DNA from: Chrysomallon squamiferum
Lineage: Eukaryota > Animalia > Mollusca
Direction: 5' to 3'
Assembly (NCBI GenBank): GCA_012295275.1
Contig: CM022677.1
Coordinates: 868,001-932,000, forward strand
Length of the DNA: 64,000 bases
The translations under genes and the position numbers were made by a program. Below are positions 13,042 to 27,803 of this stretch, in pieces. Under the pieces are notes generated by a model. That model searched no databases and had not been told where the DNA came from. It saw only the letters and a program-made list of their open reading frames with translations. Every line of letters starts with the position of its first letter. Positions within the stretch are counted from its first letter, which is position 1.

Positions 13042-13399
13042 CATAATTATCTCTTATAAGAAATCTGTTTGTAATATAAATTGCTATTTTAATACTTTTT
13101 AAATATTTCAGTCAGAAGATGTGACTAATTGCTTCTCAGAAAAATTTCCACAGCTATTGGATTCAAAATGTCTGATAATCTTCCAGACGACACAGCACTT
13201 AGACTCCACTGTCACAGCCGTAACCCAGCATTACATTCTCCTAAATATCTCCCCGATAATGATAATCAGTTTTGTAAACCATAAGTGAGAATGTTGATTC
13301 AGTGATCTACCCTTCCATTTACTTGCGGTCCTTTTATTGCGACAGAGCAGTATGTGAATCTGATAGCTGATGCAGAAGAGATGCTGTATCTTTTATTTG

Positions 13400-13434
<35 letters not shown>

Positions 13435-15479
13435 CTTATGTTTTGGAAACAATACATATTTTGTAAAAATATAGTTTAAGCGCATTTTAGGTATTTTCTC
13501 AGAATAGTTTTAGGATGTTAGAAGTCGAGTTAAACAGACACAGTAGTCATTTTATATTGGTTTTTTTTTTTTTTGTACTTTTTCTTTTTGTCTTCGTGTT
13601 TCTGTGTCACTTATACATGTTATTTACGTCTTTGACCATCTTCCTCACACCATTTTTTGTTTGTTTTTGCCATCAGTTTCTTTTTCCTGTGATCATTATT
13701 ATTGTTATTGTTATTGTTACTGTTATTGTTATTGTTGTTGTTGTTTTTATATTATTCTTACTGTTTTTAATTACTGTTATTGCTATTATTATTATTTACT
13801 TTTATTACTATTTCTGATATTTTTTTTAAATAAATATAATTTTTTCCGTTTCTGTTCTTGCCTTGTTTTTTCATTATTAATGCAGTTTTAAGATAAACTT
13901 GAATGAACTGTTACGAATACAATAAACATCTCTAACTCGGTAGTCCCTGAAAAACATGCTGTGTTGGTTAAACAAGTGCACATTTCAGCATCAAACCTGT
14001 CTCTGAAATTATATCCTTTTTCATAGAACATGATTATTGTAAACACTCGTATGAAAACAACTGTGATTTCTTCAAGTGATGATAATGTAAATTCTCTTAA
14101 CCCACTTGATTGCTGATTGTAAATCATAAAACAAAAGACCTGAATTAACCTTTTTAGTTTGCGTACATGAACTTACATGATTAATCTAAAATTCAGCTGG
14201 TATTTATCAAATTTTGTAATTAAGAATATATCATAATTTTTTTTTAAACACTGAGAAAAGTAAGTTAATAATCTAGAATGAAATTCCATATTTATTCAGT
14301 AATATAACCGATAATCTCTAATTAATATAATTTTTAAATGCCACATAAATAATACAGACGTTATAAAACTAGGTTCTTATTTTTGGTATCGATAGGTAAC
14401 ATTATCATTGATATTCGTTAGATAACTGTGGTTTTAAAAAAGATGTATTTAGTTTTTATCTCGACAGAAACAATACACTAAGAATAAATCTGATTTCTCT
14501 GATAACTTTACGAGGCCTAATAAAAAATTCGAAGTAATTTTTATATCCACACACAGAACAGTTCTAATGACACTAAGAGAATAGCGTAAAAAATATACAG
14601 GAAGCTTCCGTTTTTACAGAAAAATAAATAAAATGAAAAATAAAAATATTAAGGTGTTATTAGTGTTGTTGTTGTTATTTAGCTATTGTCAAAGAGAGGT
14701 CTTTGACAACTGTCTGCTTCATTGTTATCTAGATTATTACTGGTGGAGCGGTTATATTAATATCTAATGTAGTAAGAGAACTTCAGGTATAATAAGAAAT
14801 GTAAAGTATATTACACTATACAACTTGCGCTGATGTACCCCTTTTAATGAATATAATGAAAAAATTAAATTTCGCATAATAAAATTAAAATTGTTCTCAG
14901 CTAATTAGTACACACTATCGTGATTCCAGGGAATTAACTCTGATATTTTTAAATATAACCTTATATAAACATACTAATAAAATATGAGATTAACATTTGT
15001 CAAATCACTTAACGTACAAACTGTAAATATCACTGCTCATAATTTATTCTCATCTTTTTCTTTTCATAACGCCATGAAGAATTATCATTTATAACTAATG
15101 TTAGTAATGTCTAATAGATTAACTGTGATTATCAGTAGTTTCTGTGTTATATATAATATTTAAGTTCCACGTACAGCAAAAGTACACCTTTCTATTATAC
15201 GGTTTAGAATTAGCAAAGTAAAATATCACGTTACGTTTAATAAAACGGACACTTCGAAGCGGTATCTGAAGTTAGTTGCTCAATGTTCTGCTGTGTGTGT
15301 TTTTCAGTGAAACATTTTCTGGTGTTTATAAAATGTCACACTAGATGCGCTCTCTTTATTTCTCGATATATTTTTGACGTCACATACAAAGCTAGTATTA
15401 TTTATAAAAACATTATATTTCTGAATGTTAAAAGTCAAATCATACCTGTTATTTTCAATATAATTTGTCGTATAACTAA

Positions 15480-15870
15480 CTGAATATCATCTCATTCAAG
15501 AAGGATAGTTGAGAAATTCAGAAATAAAGAGACGTTCCAGATCCCAATTCTCTGTTACTAACAAAATCAGGATTAGTTTTTAGTGAAGTGTACACCAAGA
15601 CGTTAAGAACAATGCTGGAACGACGGCAATGACGGCATCATTAATAGAAAGAGTAATGATATTTCTTGACGTGGGATGTGGACACTGATTGCAATACTTA
15701 ATAAAAGGCAAAAGGCGGCGACATTAATAGAAATTACAATAATATATTTTAATAGGTGTTCCGCCCGCTGAGAAAGTATGAGATGTAATTAGTAAAAAGC
15801 GCTAAAGAATAATGAGAAGTATGAATAATAGTTAATAAAAATAAAAATAAAAATTGTGAGAATTAAGTGA
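15480..15870. repeat. Dispersed degenerate repeat family, also at ~16310-16400 and ~25400-25975
   Basis: Shared motifs GACGGCAATGACGGC..CATTAATAGAAA, CGCCCGCT(G/C)AGAA.GTATGAG, AAAAAGCGCTAAA.AATAATGAGAA and GAAGTATGAATAATAGTTAATAAAAA. Confidence 0.75.
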
Positions 15871-17330
15871 CCTTTTATATCACAAACACGCAGGTGCACT
15901 CCATCGTATCTGATACCATCCGAAGGTCAGCGAGCGGAACGTGAAAAGTCTACTCAGCCACCGAAGAGAATAAGCAAGAGCCCGCGCATTTATTGTTTCA
16001 TAAAACTAATTATGTATTTATATATATATATATATATAGATTAGAGCTAATTCCATAAATATCTCATAAATAAAATGTTTGCATAGTACGGACTTATCAA
16101 GGGTACAAAACTGAAATAATCGTTTTGAGCTATAAAAATTAAAATGTTTGACAAATAATAATAATAATAATAACAACAACAACAACAATAATAATCATAA
16201 TCATAAAATCAACAAATATTTTACATTGTTACTAAATAATGAATATCCTTAAACGTTTTTCTTTTGCGTTCGATGTGAATAATTATATAAAATTATTCAC
16301 TTCGAACGTTGAAAACAACGCCTATACGTTGGTACCGACGGCGACATTAATAGACATATTAATAATATATTCTAACTGTCTAACTAGTATTAGCGGCCAT
16401 ATAGGCCTTTCAACATTAATTTCAACAAATAAAAATGAACAAATAAAAGACTGGAAGCACACTTTTAATCGTTTGGCTTGTAAGATATTCTGCAAAATAA
16501 TGTGACGTCGAAATCCTGAAATTCTTTGATTGAGGGTCTAGGGGAAGTAACTCTACATAATAACACGACAATCCAGCTAAGATATGAGATAGCTACACAA
16601 GTTTGTAACTTGAAAAATAATAAGAAAAACCAAAAATAATTGTCTTTGGATGGAAAATAAAATGTAGAAGCCAACTTCTATACCATGGTACAGTATCTAA
16701 GTTTATATATTTTATGTTTAAGTTGAAAAAGTAGTTACGAAAGGCGCGTGACATCATGGTTTGGTAATATGAACAGCCATCCTTATCAGTATCAGTGTAA
16801 ATCATAAAACGTTTAGAAAACAGACGTAAAATAATTGAATTTGGAAATGTAAAAACTTCCGTGAGCTCACGGAAACCACCGATCAAAATCCAAGATGGCA
16901 GCGTTGAACGCCGATCAGTATTTACAAACTTTTAAACACTTACTCCTTCATAATGCAATCAATTCTATTCAAAGGAATTTGGAGAAATATGGCTCGTAGT
17001 AGATGTCTATTATTGAGTAGAAATTGCTTTTTTTCTTTTCTTTTGGGACTTTGACGTCATACCATCTCGTACCCGTTTCGTACTATATATTTGTGTTTTC
17101 TTTCAGATATTATTATCGCTCCTGTTGGTCCATGCTAATTAAAATTATTTTATATTTGACTACTGACCTTCTAAAATTATATTTGTTTACATTGTTGTTG
17201 TTTCTTAAATTGATTGTCATCTGCCTGTTTAACAGAGTTGTTGTTATCAAACTTAAAGAAGAATGCAGATTAACTCTCATCTATATTTGATGAAATTTTT
17301 TCAGTAACATTTTTTTTTCTAATAATTTTA

Positions 17331-17364
<34 letters not shown>

Positions 17365-17606
17365 GAAAGTTTACTACTACTACTACTACTACTACTAATA
17401 ATAATAATAACAATCATAATAATAATCAACATTTTATATCTTTTTTTTTATTCTAAAATTCTTTTCATTTGGTTTCTCAAATTAGTATTGTTTCTTCATT
17501 TTGTTACTATTTCAGTAATATTTTATTTTATGACATTTGTTATTTTTCTATCTTTTTCTATAATTTATTTAATTTATTTGTTTTTATGTATTTTAAATAT
17601 ATAACT

Positions 17607-17669
<63 letters not shown>

Positions 17670-19054
17670 TGTGTGTTTTTATGTAATTCTTCTGTCTTCT
17701 TGTCTTTTATGCTTCTAGTTTCTTCTTATTCCTGTGTTTATTCATATTTCTTCATACTGTTTTTTTATTTGTTTTCATTTTTGTGTTTTCTTTTAAAGTT
17801 ATTTTATTGTTTTTTTTTTTTTTACCTGTTTACCATGATTATTGTTTCTTGTTATTTTTCTACATTGTTATTTCTTCAAAATCTTCTTTTTTTTTTCTTC
17901 TTGTCTGTATTTATTTTTATTTTCAGTTATTTTAATGATAAGCAAGATTTTTGTAATATATAGTTTAGTTTACTTACTATTTTTCAGTTTCCCAGTTTCT
18001 GGGTCATAGTTCTTATTCTTCATTCATTTTTTTTTTTTCATATTTTAAATTTTTGATTTTTATTTTAATGATTTTTTATAATTTATTTATTATATTTTTT
18101 TTATTTCTTATTATTTTTTTTTTTTTTGAAGCTACTGACCATATGTATTCTTGTTATTTTTCTTCTTCATTCTTTTTTTACTTCTTATTCTTCATTTCCT
18201 AGTTTCTGCATATTCTTTTATGTTACCATTATTTGTTATTTACTTACTTTTTCCTGACATCACTTAAAATACACTATATTATTCCTTTTAGTTCTTCAGT
18301 CTCTTTCTTTTATCATTTTAATTTTTTTTTTTTTTTTGTAAATTTTGTTCTTCTGCTCATTTTATTTAAAGAATTAGAATTTTTTTTTCTTATTAATAAA
18401 TGTATGTATGTATATGTATTTATATTATTTAATTTTAATTATATAATAATTATTTTATTTATTTATTTATTTATTTATTAATATTATCAATCTCTTAACT
18501 GCATCTCCCATCTTTCTAGTTATTTTTCTACATTCTAATAATTCAGATTATTTTTTTTTATTCTTTATTATTATTATTATTATTTACTTTTTTACAAGCT
18601 TGTTACAATTTTTTTTATTATTATATTTCTTCTTCATGTTTTTTTTTTTTTCAGTGTTTTAATACAACCTGTTGCCTAGTAATATCTCAGAGAATTAATA
18701 TTTCTGTTACTAGTGTAGATATTCTGTCTTCCTTATTCAAAACTTGTTTCCATTGATGATGTCGTATTTCTAGTGTTTGCTGAACAAAACCCAAACAATA
18801 ATGAAGTTGTAAACTTGTATTGTCAATATATTTTGTTTTCTGAAAATTATTATTATTAGTGATTTTTTTTCACAACCAGTATTATTCTGATAACTTGTTA
18901 GTTACTATTAGTGTCTTTTAAATAGTTACTTATGATTTGGATGAATATTTGTATTTATATTGACAGACACTTTTCTCTCTTAATTTCAAGGTCTACCATC
19001 TGTTAATAAATATAATTTTTTTTTCTTTCTATTTTTTTTTTGTTTTTTCCACAG

Positions 19055-20267
19055 AACTGACATGGGTTTCACATCACTGAAAAGGAAACAGCAGTCAGCA
19101 CCAACAACACCAGTACCACCATTAGACCTGAGACAAACTGACATCACCACACCAACCACTGAAGACTCAAACTATAAACACCAACACCCATTGCCAGAGG
19201 CATTTTGCTAAAAACAAATGTCTAAGAAAGAAAGGGAACAGAAAAAGTTTGATCATGTAATTCAACTGACTAATCTTTTTGTGAGTTTTTGTTGAAAGCA
19301 GACAGACCAAGACTTAAACTGCCTCAAGCTTTACCACTTAGTCACTTAGTCACATTTTAAAACCTTTAAAAATATTCAGGTAATTATGTCTGTAAATATG
19401 TCTTAGTCTATCTGTCTATTTCTCTTTATGTCTGCCTCCCTATTTATTTATTTTATTTCTATCTCTGCTTTTCTGTTTGTCTGTATTTCTTTCCTTGAAA
19501 ATGTTCAGATAAATATGTTTATCTTTCTTACTATGTCTCTACTTAATATACTTATCTGTTTTTCTGTCTGTATCTTTATGTATCATTTCTTATTTGTTCC
19601 TAATTATCATTTTTTAGTTTTCTTTCTTTTTTCTTCCTTTCTTTTCTTTAGGTTTTTTAAAAATGATTTTCAAAGTTGTAATATTTTTTGAAGTATAACA
19701 AAGAAAGAAAAGATTATATATAATCTTTCTGTAAGTTCTCTTTTGATAATTCTGAACATAAATAGCTTTAGAATCAGTAATTTAAGTAATTTTAAATTTA
19801 TTTATAGTTTTAATTTATAAAAATGCTCTTAAAACAAGTTTTAGTAGACAGTTGATTATTTTTAGTTTATTTATTTTTATTTATTTATAAATCTTTCTGC
19901 CTATCTTCTGTCTATCTATTTGATATATGTATCTATCTATCTATCATTTATTTATTTTCTTATTATTTATAATTTATTTAAAATATGATCATACTGAATT
20001 ACATAATATTCACATTAATTATTATCAACCTTTTCATTATTTTATGTAAAATTACAACTTACTAAATAATTTAGTGTGCTGTATTTTCATTATTTTTTTA
20101 ACTAGGTTTTAAATTTATCAGGAAACAGTTCTGGACCTGAGACTTTCCGAGCTGTGTGTTTGGCAATGTGTTCTAACACAACAGTGATTTTCCTTAGCCT
20201 CACCACCAACAAAACAGACACTGAGAGTGCTGTGAGTAATCTTAATTATAACTGTTATAAAATGTTT

Positions 20268-20314
<47 letters not shown>

Positions 20315-23145
20315 CAATAATAATAATAATAGTAATAATAATAATAATAATATCAATAATTACTATCACTGTTACTACTATTATTCTACTACTGAGAAAA
20401 ATAGTGACTTTCAACACTAACGCTGTAATCAATATTTACCTCTATGTTAATGCTATTATTTTTACTACTATTATTACATCTACTACTTCTACTACTACTA
20501 CTACTATGGTGTCTGCAGTTACTTACTAACTCTTCATATTGTATCTACCTGTACTATACAACCTAAGCTAATTCTACCACAGTTATCACTGTTACTGCAG
20601 CGATTCCCACTATTACTACTACTACTGCTGCTTTTACTACTACTACAAACTATTATCACAATTACTACAACTAGTACTGCTATACTAATACTACAAACTA
20701 TTACCACTAGTACTACAACTAGTACTGTTACTACTAATACTACAATTATTACCACTATTACTGCTAGTAGTACGATTACAACTAATACTACAACTATTAT
20801 ACCAACTCTAGTAGAAAACATGGACTCACAGAACTAGAGCTGTCTAGTAATGGATTATCTGATAAAACTGCTCTCACTAAAGGACTGGCTGCTGAAAAGT
20901 GCAATAGTAAATAATGGTGAAATGTGGTATAGTAGTTGATCATAAACAATTACATTAGTTGTTATAACAACAACATCAACAAGATTTGTATTAACAGAAT
21001 ACATCTATCTCTGTGTTGTGTGGGTGTGTGTGTTCTTACATGGGTATATGCCTGTATAGTCTGTCAGCATTTATCTTTCTCTTTGTATGTATATAAACAT
21101 TTTAATATTAATTTCATTATTTAGTTTTATTGGCAGAAGCCAGGATGTGTGTTATTGTCTGTATTTGTCAGTCAGTGTAATTATGTCTGAACTGCAGATG
21201 TTTAACCAACCAGCTGTTTGAGTTTCCATGGAAAACTCCATTCTTTGAAAGATGTGGACATTGGAACTTGTCCTGATTTTTCTGTATGTATCTTTGATGA
21301 TTTAGTCAAACTTATTCACGTAATTTTTGCTTAAATTTTATAAATTGTACTAATATTTGAAAAAATATTCTGTAAATAAATAATCCTTATCTTTCTGCAT
21401 AGATAATTTCGTTAAAATATATGCTAAGAATAGTAAACTCTATATGCATGTGTGTGTGTGTATCAGAAATAGTGATAATTGCTACCCTGATAATAGTGTG
21501 GGTGGGTGGATGGGTGTTACTGTGTGTGTGATAATTGCTGATAATAGTGTGTATCAAAATAGAGATAACTGCTATTTTGATAATAGTATGTGTGTGAGTG
21601 TGAGTGTATCAGCAATAGTGATACTTGCTTGCTACTCTGATAATAGTGTGTGTGCGTGTGTTAAGAAATATTTGGTTATCAGTTTATATATTTAAATGCT
21701 TTGTACAAAATACTCAGGCCTGTTTTATTTAAATTTAAGATTGAAACTGATGGTGCCCTTAATCTTTGTTTATACTATCAAGGGACATAACTCTAAGTTA
21801 AAGCGCTTGAGTGGAAACTCATTAGGTAATAAATTATTTTTGTATTTTTCTGAAAAAATTAGTTTTTAATTCAAAATATTAAAATAGAAGCTTGCATATT
21901 GTTTGATATTTATTATGTTTAATTTTATTACTATACCTACACAGGAGGAAAAATAACACATCTGAATAGCATCTTGTAAATACAATTGTTTTCAGTTCTT
22001 TATTATTTGTAACAGAGATGTAATTAGCAACAAAAACATCAACAGCAACATGTAATGTGGTGGTGACAGTAGCAGCTATGATGTAGTAATAGTAGCAAGA
22101 GCATTAGCTATAGTAATAATAACAGCTACTATTGTATCAACAAAACTAGAAAATGTAGTAATAATAATAATAATAATAGCTAACATTGTAGATAGTGATA
22201 ATAAAAGCTAATGTGAAGCTGTAGTTATAGTAGGTAGTAGTACCAGGAGTAGTAATAATAACTAATTTAGTAATACTACTGCAGTTACAACTGCCTACTA
22301 TAACTACAGCTACACATTAGCTTTTATTGTCACTATTCTAATAGCATCAGTAGTAGTAATAATAATAATAAAGCAGCTATGTAGTTTTAATAGAGGTGCA
22401 GTAGGAACAGTAGCTGTAGTTGCAATAGTCATAGTAGTAGCTCCAGCTTCCTTAGATTTTAAATTTAAGTTTTTAAAATATTTTTTATTATCCTTCAGGG
22501 AAGGAGGGACTGTTGTTACTGACAGTGTTGTATCTTAAAAACTAGAAGAAAAACTTAAAAGAAAATGAAATAGAAGAACTTTCCACAAAGTTGGATGTTG
22601 CAATTGGTAATAAATAAATGTATTTAAAAAAAAGAACAATAAAAATAAAAATAGTAAAAAATAAACAATAATAATAAAAAATAAATAAGTAAATAAATAA
22701 ATAACTAGCCTGAACCTAACCCTAACACTAGTCCTAGCCCTAATCCTAACCCTAATCTAAGTTAATCCAATGGTAAAAATAAGAAAGAAGAAGGAATACT
22801 AAATAAAAAGTTTTATTATTGTTAATGCTGATGTTGCATTGTTTTCTTTTTAAATTATTTATAAGGTTTCACTGTCAAGAATTCAGGGGAGAAAATTGAA
22901 TCATCTTGTAATTGTCTCTTCAGCTTCCTGATTAAACTGACAGCACTTGGAGGACATCCTTGTAAACAGTTATAGTTATTTTTTTATTTTAACATTTATA
23001 TGGTTCATACTTATTGAAATTTGTCATTTATTTATTTGTTTATCTTCCTCTAGGAATGCTGGGTAATGTGATGCACTGTCCAGCCATTCTCACAGCTAAA
23101 GGAAACAGTCAACTTCTGACACTGCAGCCGTGTTGAAAGGTCATG
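19055..23145 (+). pseudogene. Degenerate multi-exon RNI-like leucine-rich-repeat gene; clearest exon 20106-20231, remnants at ~19055-19379, ~21135-21283, ~21740-21826, ~22499-22605 and ~23054-23145
   Basis: Splicing 19379 to 20106 (CAG|GTAATT...TAG|) gives KNIQ|VLNLSGNSSGPETFRAVCLAMCSNTTVIFLSLTTNKTDTESA|GTGAGT, an LxxLxLxxN LRR pattern. Later remnants read LHSLKDVDIG and NSKLKRLSGNSLG. Stops and frameshifts occur in most exons. Confidence 0.55.
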
Positions 23146-23351
23146 GTGAGTGATTATATATTATGTAGTAGTGCAGTAATAATAGTTCTCAGCTATCTGT
23201 CTATCTTTCTATATATATATCTGTAATAATAAACATCAATTCTCTATGTATTTATCTGTAAAAATAAGCATCACATTCTCTTTATTTATGAATATTTATA
23301 TCTTGTTGTCTTTCCCACTTGATAATTCATTATGTCCATCTCTTCATCTGT

Positions 23352-23413
<62 letters not shown>

Positions 23414-25399
23414 GTATATCTAAACATATATATATATATATATCTATATATATATATGTACCAACACATAACCATCCACCAACCATCTACCCAACTCCCT
23501 GCCTATCTACATATCTAACTATGTTTACATACCTACATTACAACCTGTCTTTCTGTTTGTCCATCTACACACACACTGTATCTACATAACTTTATATATT
23601 TTCTTTCACACTTTCCAAGTTAGTTGTTATTAATTTTAGCTATGGTCTGTCTTCTGTCTGATTATTCCATTTTTACCATCTGTCTAACCATATTATTATG
23701 ATTACTTATCAAGCCGACTGTTTCTCATGCAGTCCATATAATCTACATCTATGTATCAATCCAACTTTCCATCTATCTGTTCATCTGTCAGTGTTTATAG
23801 ACATTTAAAAAAAAATGTATTGAAGTTAAAAGAAACAATGTTTATTACTTAACCTGTTCTATAATTCTAAATATACAGTGAGCTTCTCTTTAAAGTAAAT
23901 ATTTTGAAATCATCTCTCAGATTCAGTTATCTGGTATACCTTTCCACCCTATTTTCTCTAATACATTTATTTAAAAAGGGCACTTACCTGGAAACCCATC
24001 CATATTTCTTCCTCTCTACTGCACTTCTTGTTTACAATTAAAGGTGATACAACCTTTACATCTTTTCTTTTCAATATCAGTCTGTGATGTAGATAATAAC
24101 ACATCTCCTTAATTTCAGGTGTTCTCACTTCTTCCTTTTTGATAGAAAAAATATATAGACCTTAATCTTCACTTCTTCACTATGGACTGTGCTTTTTACA
24201 AAGTTAAAATTGAGATTTAATGTGCTGCTTTATCGGCTTTCCAAAACTTAAATAAGGAAAAAGTAATAACACATTAAAACGATTTCCTTTTTTTAGTAAG
24301 TGTAACATTAATTATGGACTGTGAAGGCTACATGAAACTGGTTTGGAAAATCAATATTTATATATCTTCCATTGTTAATAATGAAAAATGCATAGATTGT
24401 TCAATATTAAGTTTCATAATGCATTCTTATTTATTTATTTTAACTTTTCTGAAATAATAATAATAATAATAATGATGATAATAGTAGGTATTCCTTTTTG
24501 AGTGCACGTAATACAATATAGCAACACTGTCTTACGTTGTTTTGTTATTTTATTATGCGGGCAATATGTTAGTGGAATAAACTTAATAAAATACACTTTT
24601 TTCTCTGTTACTAATAAATAAAAGAAAATTACCGATATTATGTTTCAAATTATTGGCAGAAACTTTTGCGAGATCGTGATGAAGTAAGCTGATGTATTCT
24701 TAACAATTTATTTTATTTTTTTTTTTAAATGTCACTCAATAATATCCTAAATGTATCCTTTGTAAACACTAGTGGTGTCGGTATCAGAAGCTTTTTACAG
24801 AAAAACGTGATAATTAATTACGTTGATATTTAAATTTAATTCTACTTGGGGAGCTATGAGTGCAACTCAAAACAATGAAAATGTTTTGTTGCATTTTTTA
24901 AATGTTAGTCGAATGAGGGTATTAAAAATATAATAATAATATTATATTTGCTTTTTTACGAAAAACAGTAAAAATGCAAATGTATTAAATTTTTGCTTAT
25001 AAAATATGAATAATAAATATGAAAATTAACTCAGAATAGTCTGCGATTTTCATTATCAACATGGAATATATTTATATATCCATTTCAAAAATCCAGTTTC
25101 TTTCACAATAAACAGCGAAATCATATGATGTACAATGAACATTAAAAAAACAAGAGAGAGAGAGAGAGAGAGTTTGGTACAGATAAAAATAAACTTAGAG
25201 ACAGAGAGACTGACAGAATATAGAAATATTTATAAATAGATGAATAATAGACTCATAGAAAGGAACAAAGATACATAGAAAGCCAAAGAGGAACGTAAAC
25301 AGATAGTCAGAGGAACAGAGAGCGAGAGAGAGTTTAGGTAGGAGGTACATGAACGGAAATAGAATTATGGATTATGGATTGATAGAAAATGCGACAAGT

Positions 25400-25975
25400 A
25401 GGTATATTAGATATAATAATAATATATTTTAATATAGCATGGCTAGAAGGCGATAAGCCAGCTCAGAAAGTATGAGGAATAATTAAAAAGCGCTAAACAA
25501 TAATGAGAAATACTCCAAGAAAGCTAGGAACAACGCCGTTACGACGGCAACGATGGTGATATTAATAGAAATAGTAATAATACATTTTTCTAAAGGATTT
25601 GATCGCTAAAGAAGTATGAATAATAGTTAATAAAAAGCAAAAGAATAATGGTAGGTACACCTAAAACATTAGGAACAACCACTTTACGACTGCAATGACG
25701 GCAACATCAAAAATGTTAATAATAATATATGCTGATGAGGAATAGACTGTATAAGATAAAACTGAGATTTAGTATAGGATTTGAACACTAAAGAAGTATG
25801 AATAATAGTTAATAAAAAGCAGAAGAATAATGATAGGTACCCCTAAAACATGAGGAGCAACCCCTTTACGACGGCAACTACTGCAACATTAATAAAGATA
25901 ATAATAATCATTTTAATATAGGATGCGCCCGCTCAGAAGGTATGAGGAATAGCCTTTATAAGATAAAACTGAAAT
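25400..25975. repeat. Degenerate ~180-bp tandem units of the same family as 15480-15870
   Basis: GAAGTATGAATAATAGTTAATAAAAAGCA.AAGAATAATG.TAGGTAC.CCTAAAACAT.AGGA.CAACC.CTTTACGAC at ~25611 and ~25793. Confidence 0.8.
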
Positions 25976-26884
25976 TAGTAAAATTTGTATTAGTAGTACG
26001 TCTGCTTACTTTATAACCTTCTCACAACATTTTATGCCGATAATTTAACAAAGCAAAACGATTTATCTTTCAGTTGCTAGCAGCAGAGCTACGTGTGTTT
26101 GTTTATTCGTGATAATGATGCCTAACAGCACAAGCAAAGTTTATGTGGCAGTTACGTAATATTTTACTACCTTTATTACAGAATTCAGAGGTAGAGGAGG
26201 GGATATTATTTTTCTTTTCGCCTCAGAAAATGTTTATAAAGGGTTGTCATTTATTTATTTATTTATTTATTTATTGAAACTACTGTCGTACTCGAGACCT
26301 GTCTTCAGCTCGCACCAGACCGTTTTACTCTTGAACGATGAACGATGAACGATAAAAGAAAGAATAACGTTGTATAACAATAAATGTTCTCTTATTAATA
26401 ATATTATTATTTATCTTCAAAACAGACATCATAGGAAGAAATCCTGCTTTTAAAAACTTGGGTCATGGTCTAAGATTCTAATCATGTTTATGTAAATAAT
26501 TTTCCATTTTACAAACAATGGATGTTTTCTAAACATTTCTTTCTTTTTGTTTACAGTAAAGCTGGAGAAGTAAATATAATAATCCTACATTCCAGTTTGG
26601 AAATGTGTTACGGTTTTGTTTTGTTATCTTAAAAATGGATTTAAAATCATAACGGTATATGTGTGATTGTGTGTGTCCATGTGTGTGTGTGTGTGCGTGT
26701 GTGTGTGTGTGCGTATGAAATAAATGTTTTATTTTTTCATTTAACTGAAACAAAAGTATTTAAATAAAATACGTATTTTGATGGATGTAAATAACTATTT
26801 TAAAAATCTTAATTAAATTAGTAAATTAATAAACTATAATTATATACTTTGAAAAATGAAAGTTACTAGTGTAATAATATCTCC

Positions 26885-27240
26885 CATGCACATGCGCAGT
26901 CTATTAAGATTTACGTCAGTGGATTTAAATTCGGGTATAAATAAAACATCCAACGGTTTTACGTCAGTTGACATGCGAATGCCAATACTAGTAGGTCAAT
27001 TCGTTTTTTTTTTTTTTTTTTTAAATTTATTATTCGACCAAAATGATTTATTTTTTTAAATTTATTATAATCAGTAATAGCAGTTAACTGTATATTTAGT
27101 TAATAAATTTAGTTATTAAAATATTATTATCATTATAAATAATTATTCTTCTATAAGAAGAGCAATTACGAAATGAATTCGAATAAAATCATATCTTAAC
27201 TTTTCTTTTATTTTATTTTTTTATATTTATTTATTTATTC

Positions 27241-27289
<49 letters not shown>

Positions 27290-27435
27290 TTAATTTCAAA
27301 CAAAAATAACTGTTGGGGTTTTAATATCCGGAAGTTTATAACTAAAAAGTACGCTAAATAACGGAGACTCGCGAAATTTGCCGAGTACTGCCGGAAAATA
27401 CAAACACATTTACTGGGCGAGACCATTTTGGTAAA
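26885..27435 (+). promoter_or_regulatory. Candidate promoter and non-coding first exon of the RING gene
   Basis: CpG-enriched patch with an NRF1-like TGCACATGCGCA (~26887), two TTTACGTCAGT, ETS CCGGAAGT (~27328), CTCGCGA and YY1-like CCATTTT followed by donor G|GTAAAG (~27430). A matching acceptor TTATTGCAG ends at 29111. Confidence 0.4.
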
Positions 27436-27735
27436 GGTTTCCTTTACTGATGAAGAAGAAATCAAATCATTCTGAAGACATTATTTTAAAACGAAATTAG
27501 GAAATTCCATCATGAAATAAATAAAATAAAAAAAATGAAAAACTATCATAATAATATTATTTAAAAAATAAATATGTGATTAAATGAAACAAAATAAACT
27601 GACAAATAAACTGACAAATAAACACAATAAAATAAAGTAAAGAAAAAGAGGAAAAAAGGCAAATTACAAAATAAGCTGATTATTAAAATAGATTTTTGCA
27701 TTTCTCTATGTATCTGAGTGTATTACCTCTTAATC

Positions 27736-27803
<68 letters not shown>

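Noticed and set aside
13888-14140. Exon-like ORF with DLQSAIKWVK, reminiscent of carboxylesterases
   Set aside because: Similarity is limited to a few residues and the frame is not sustained.
15885-15990. GC-rich patch with an A-box-like GGTGGCTGAGTAG on the minus strand (tRNA/SINE or ribozyme?)
   Set aside because: No convincing B box, cloverleaf or hammerhead core; at most a decayed SINE fragment.
13515-18481. Hydrophobic ORFs at 13515, 13604, 17469 and 18233 resembling membrane proteins
   Set aside because: They are translations of T-rich low-complexity and microsatellite DNA with no family motifs.
22705-22760. Telomere-like CCCTAA repeats
   Set aside because: Only a few degenerate units, interstitial, and common in TE-derived sequence.
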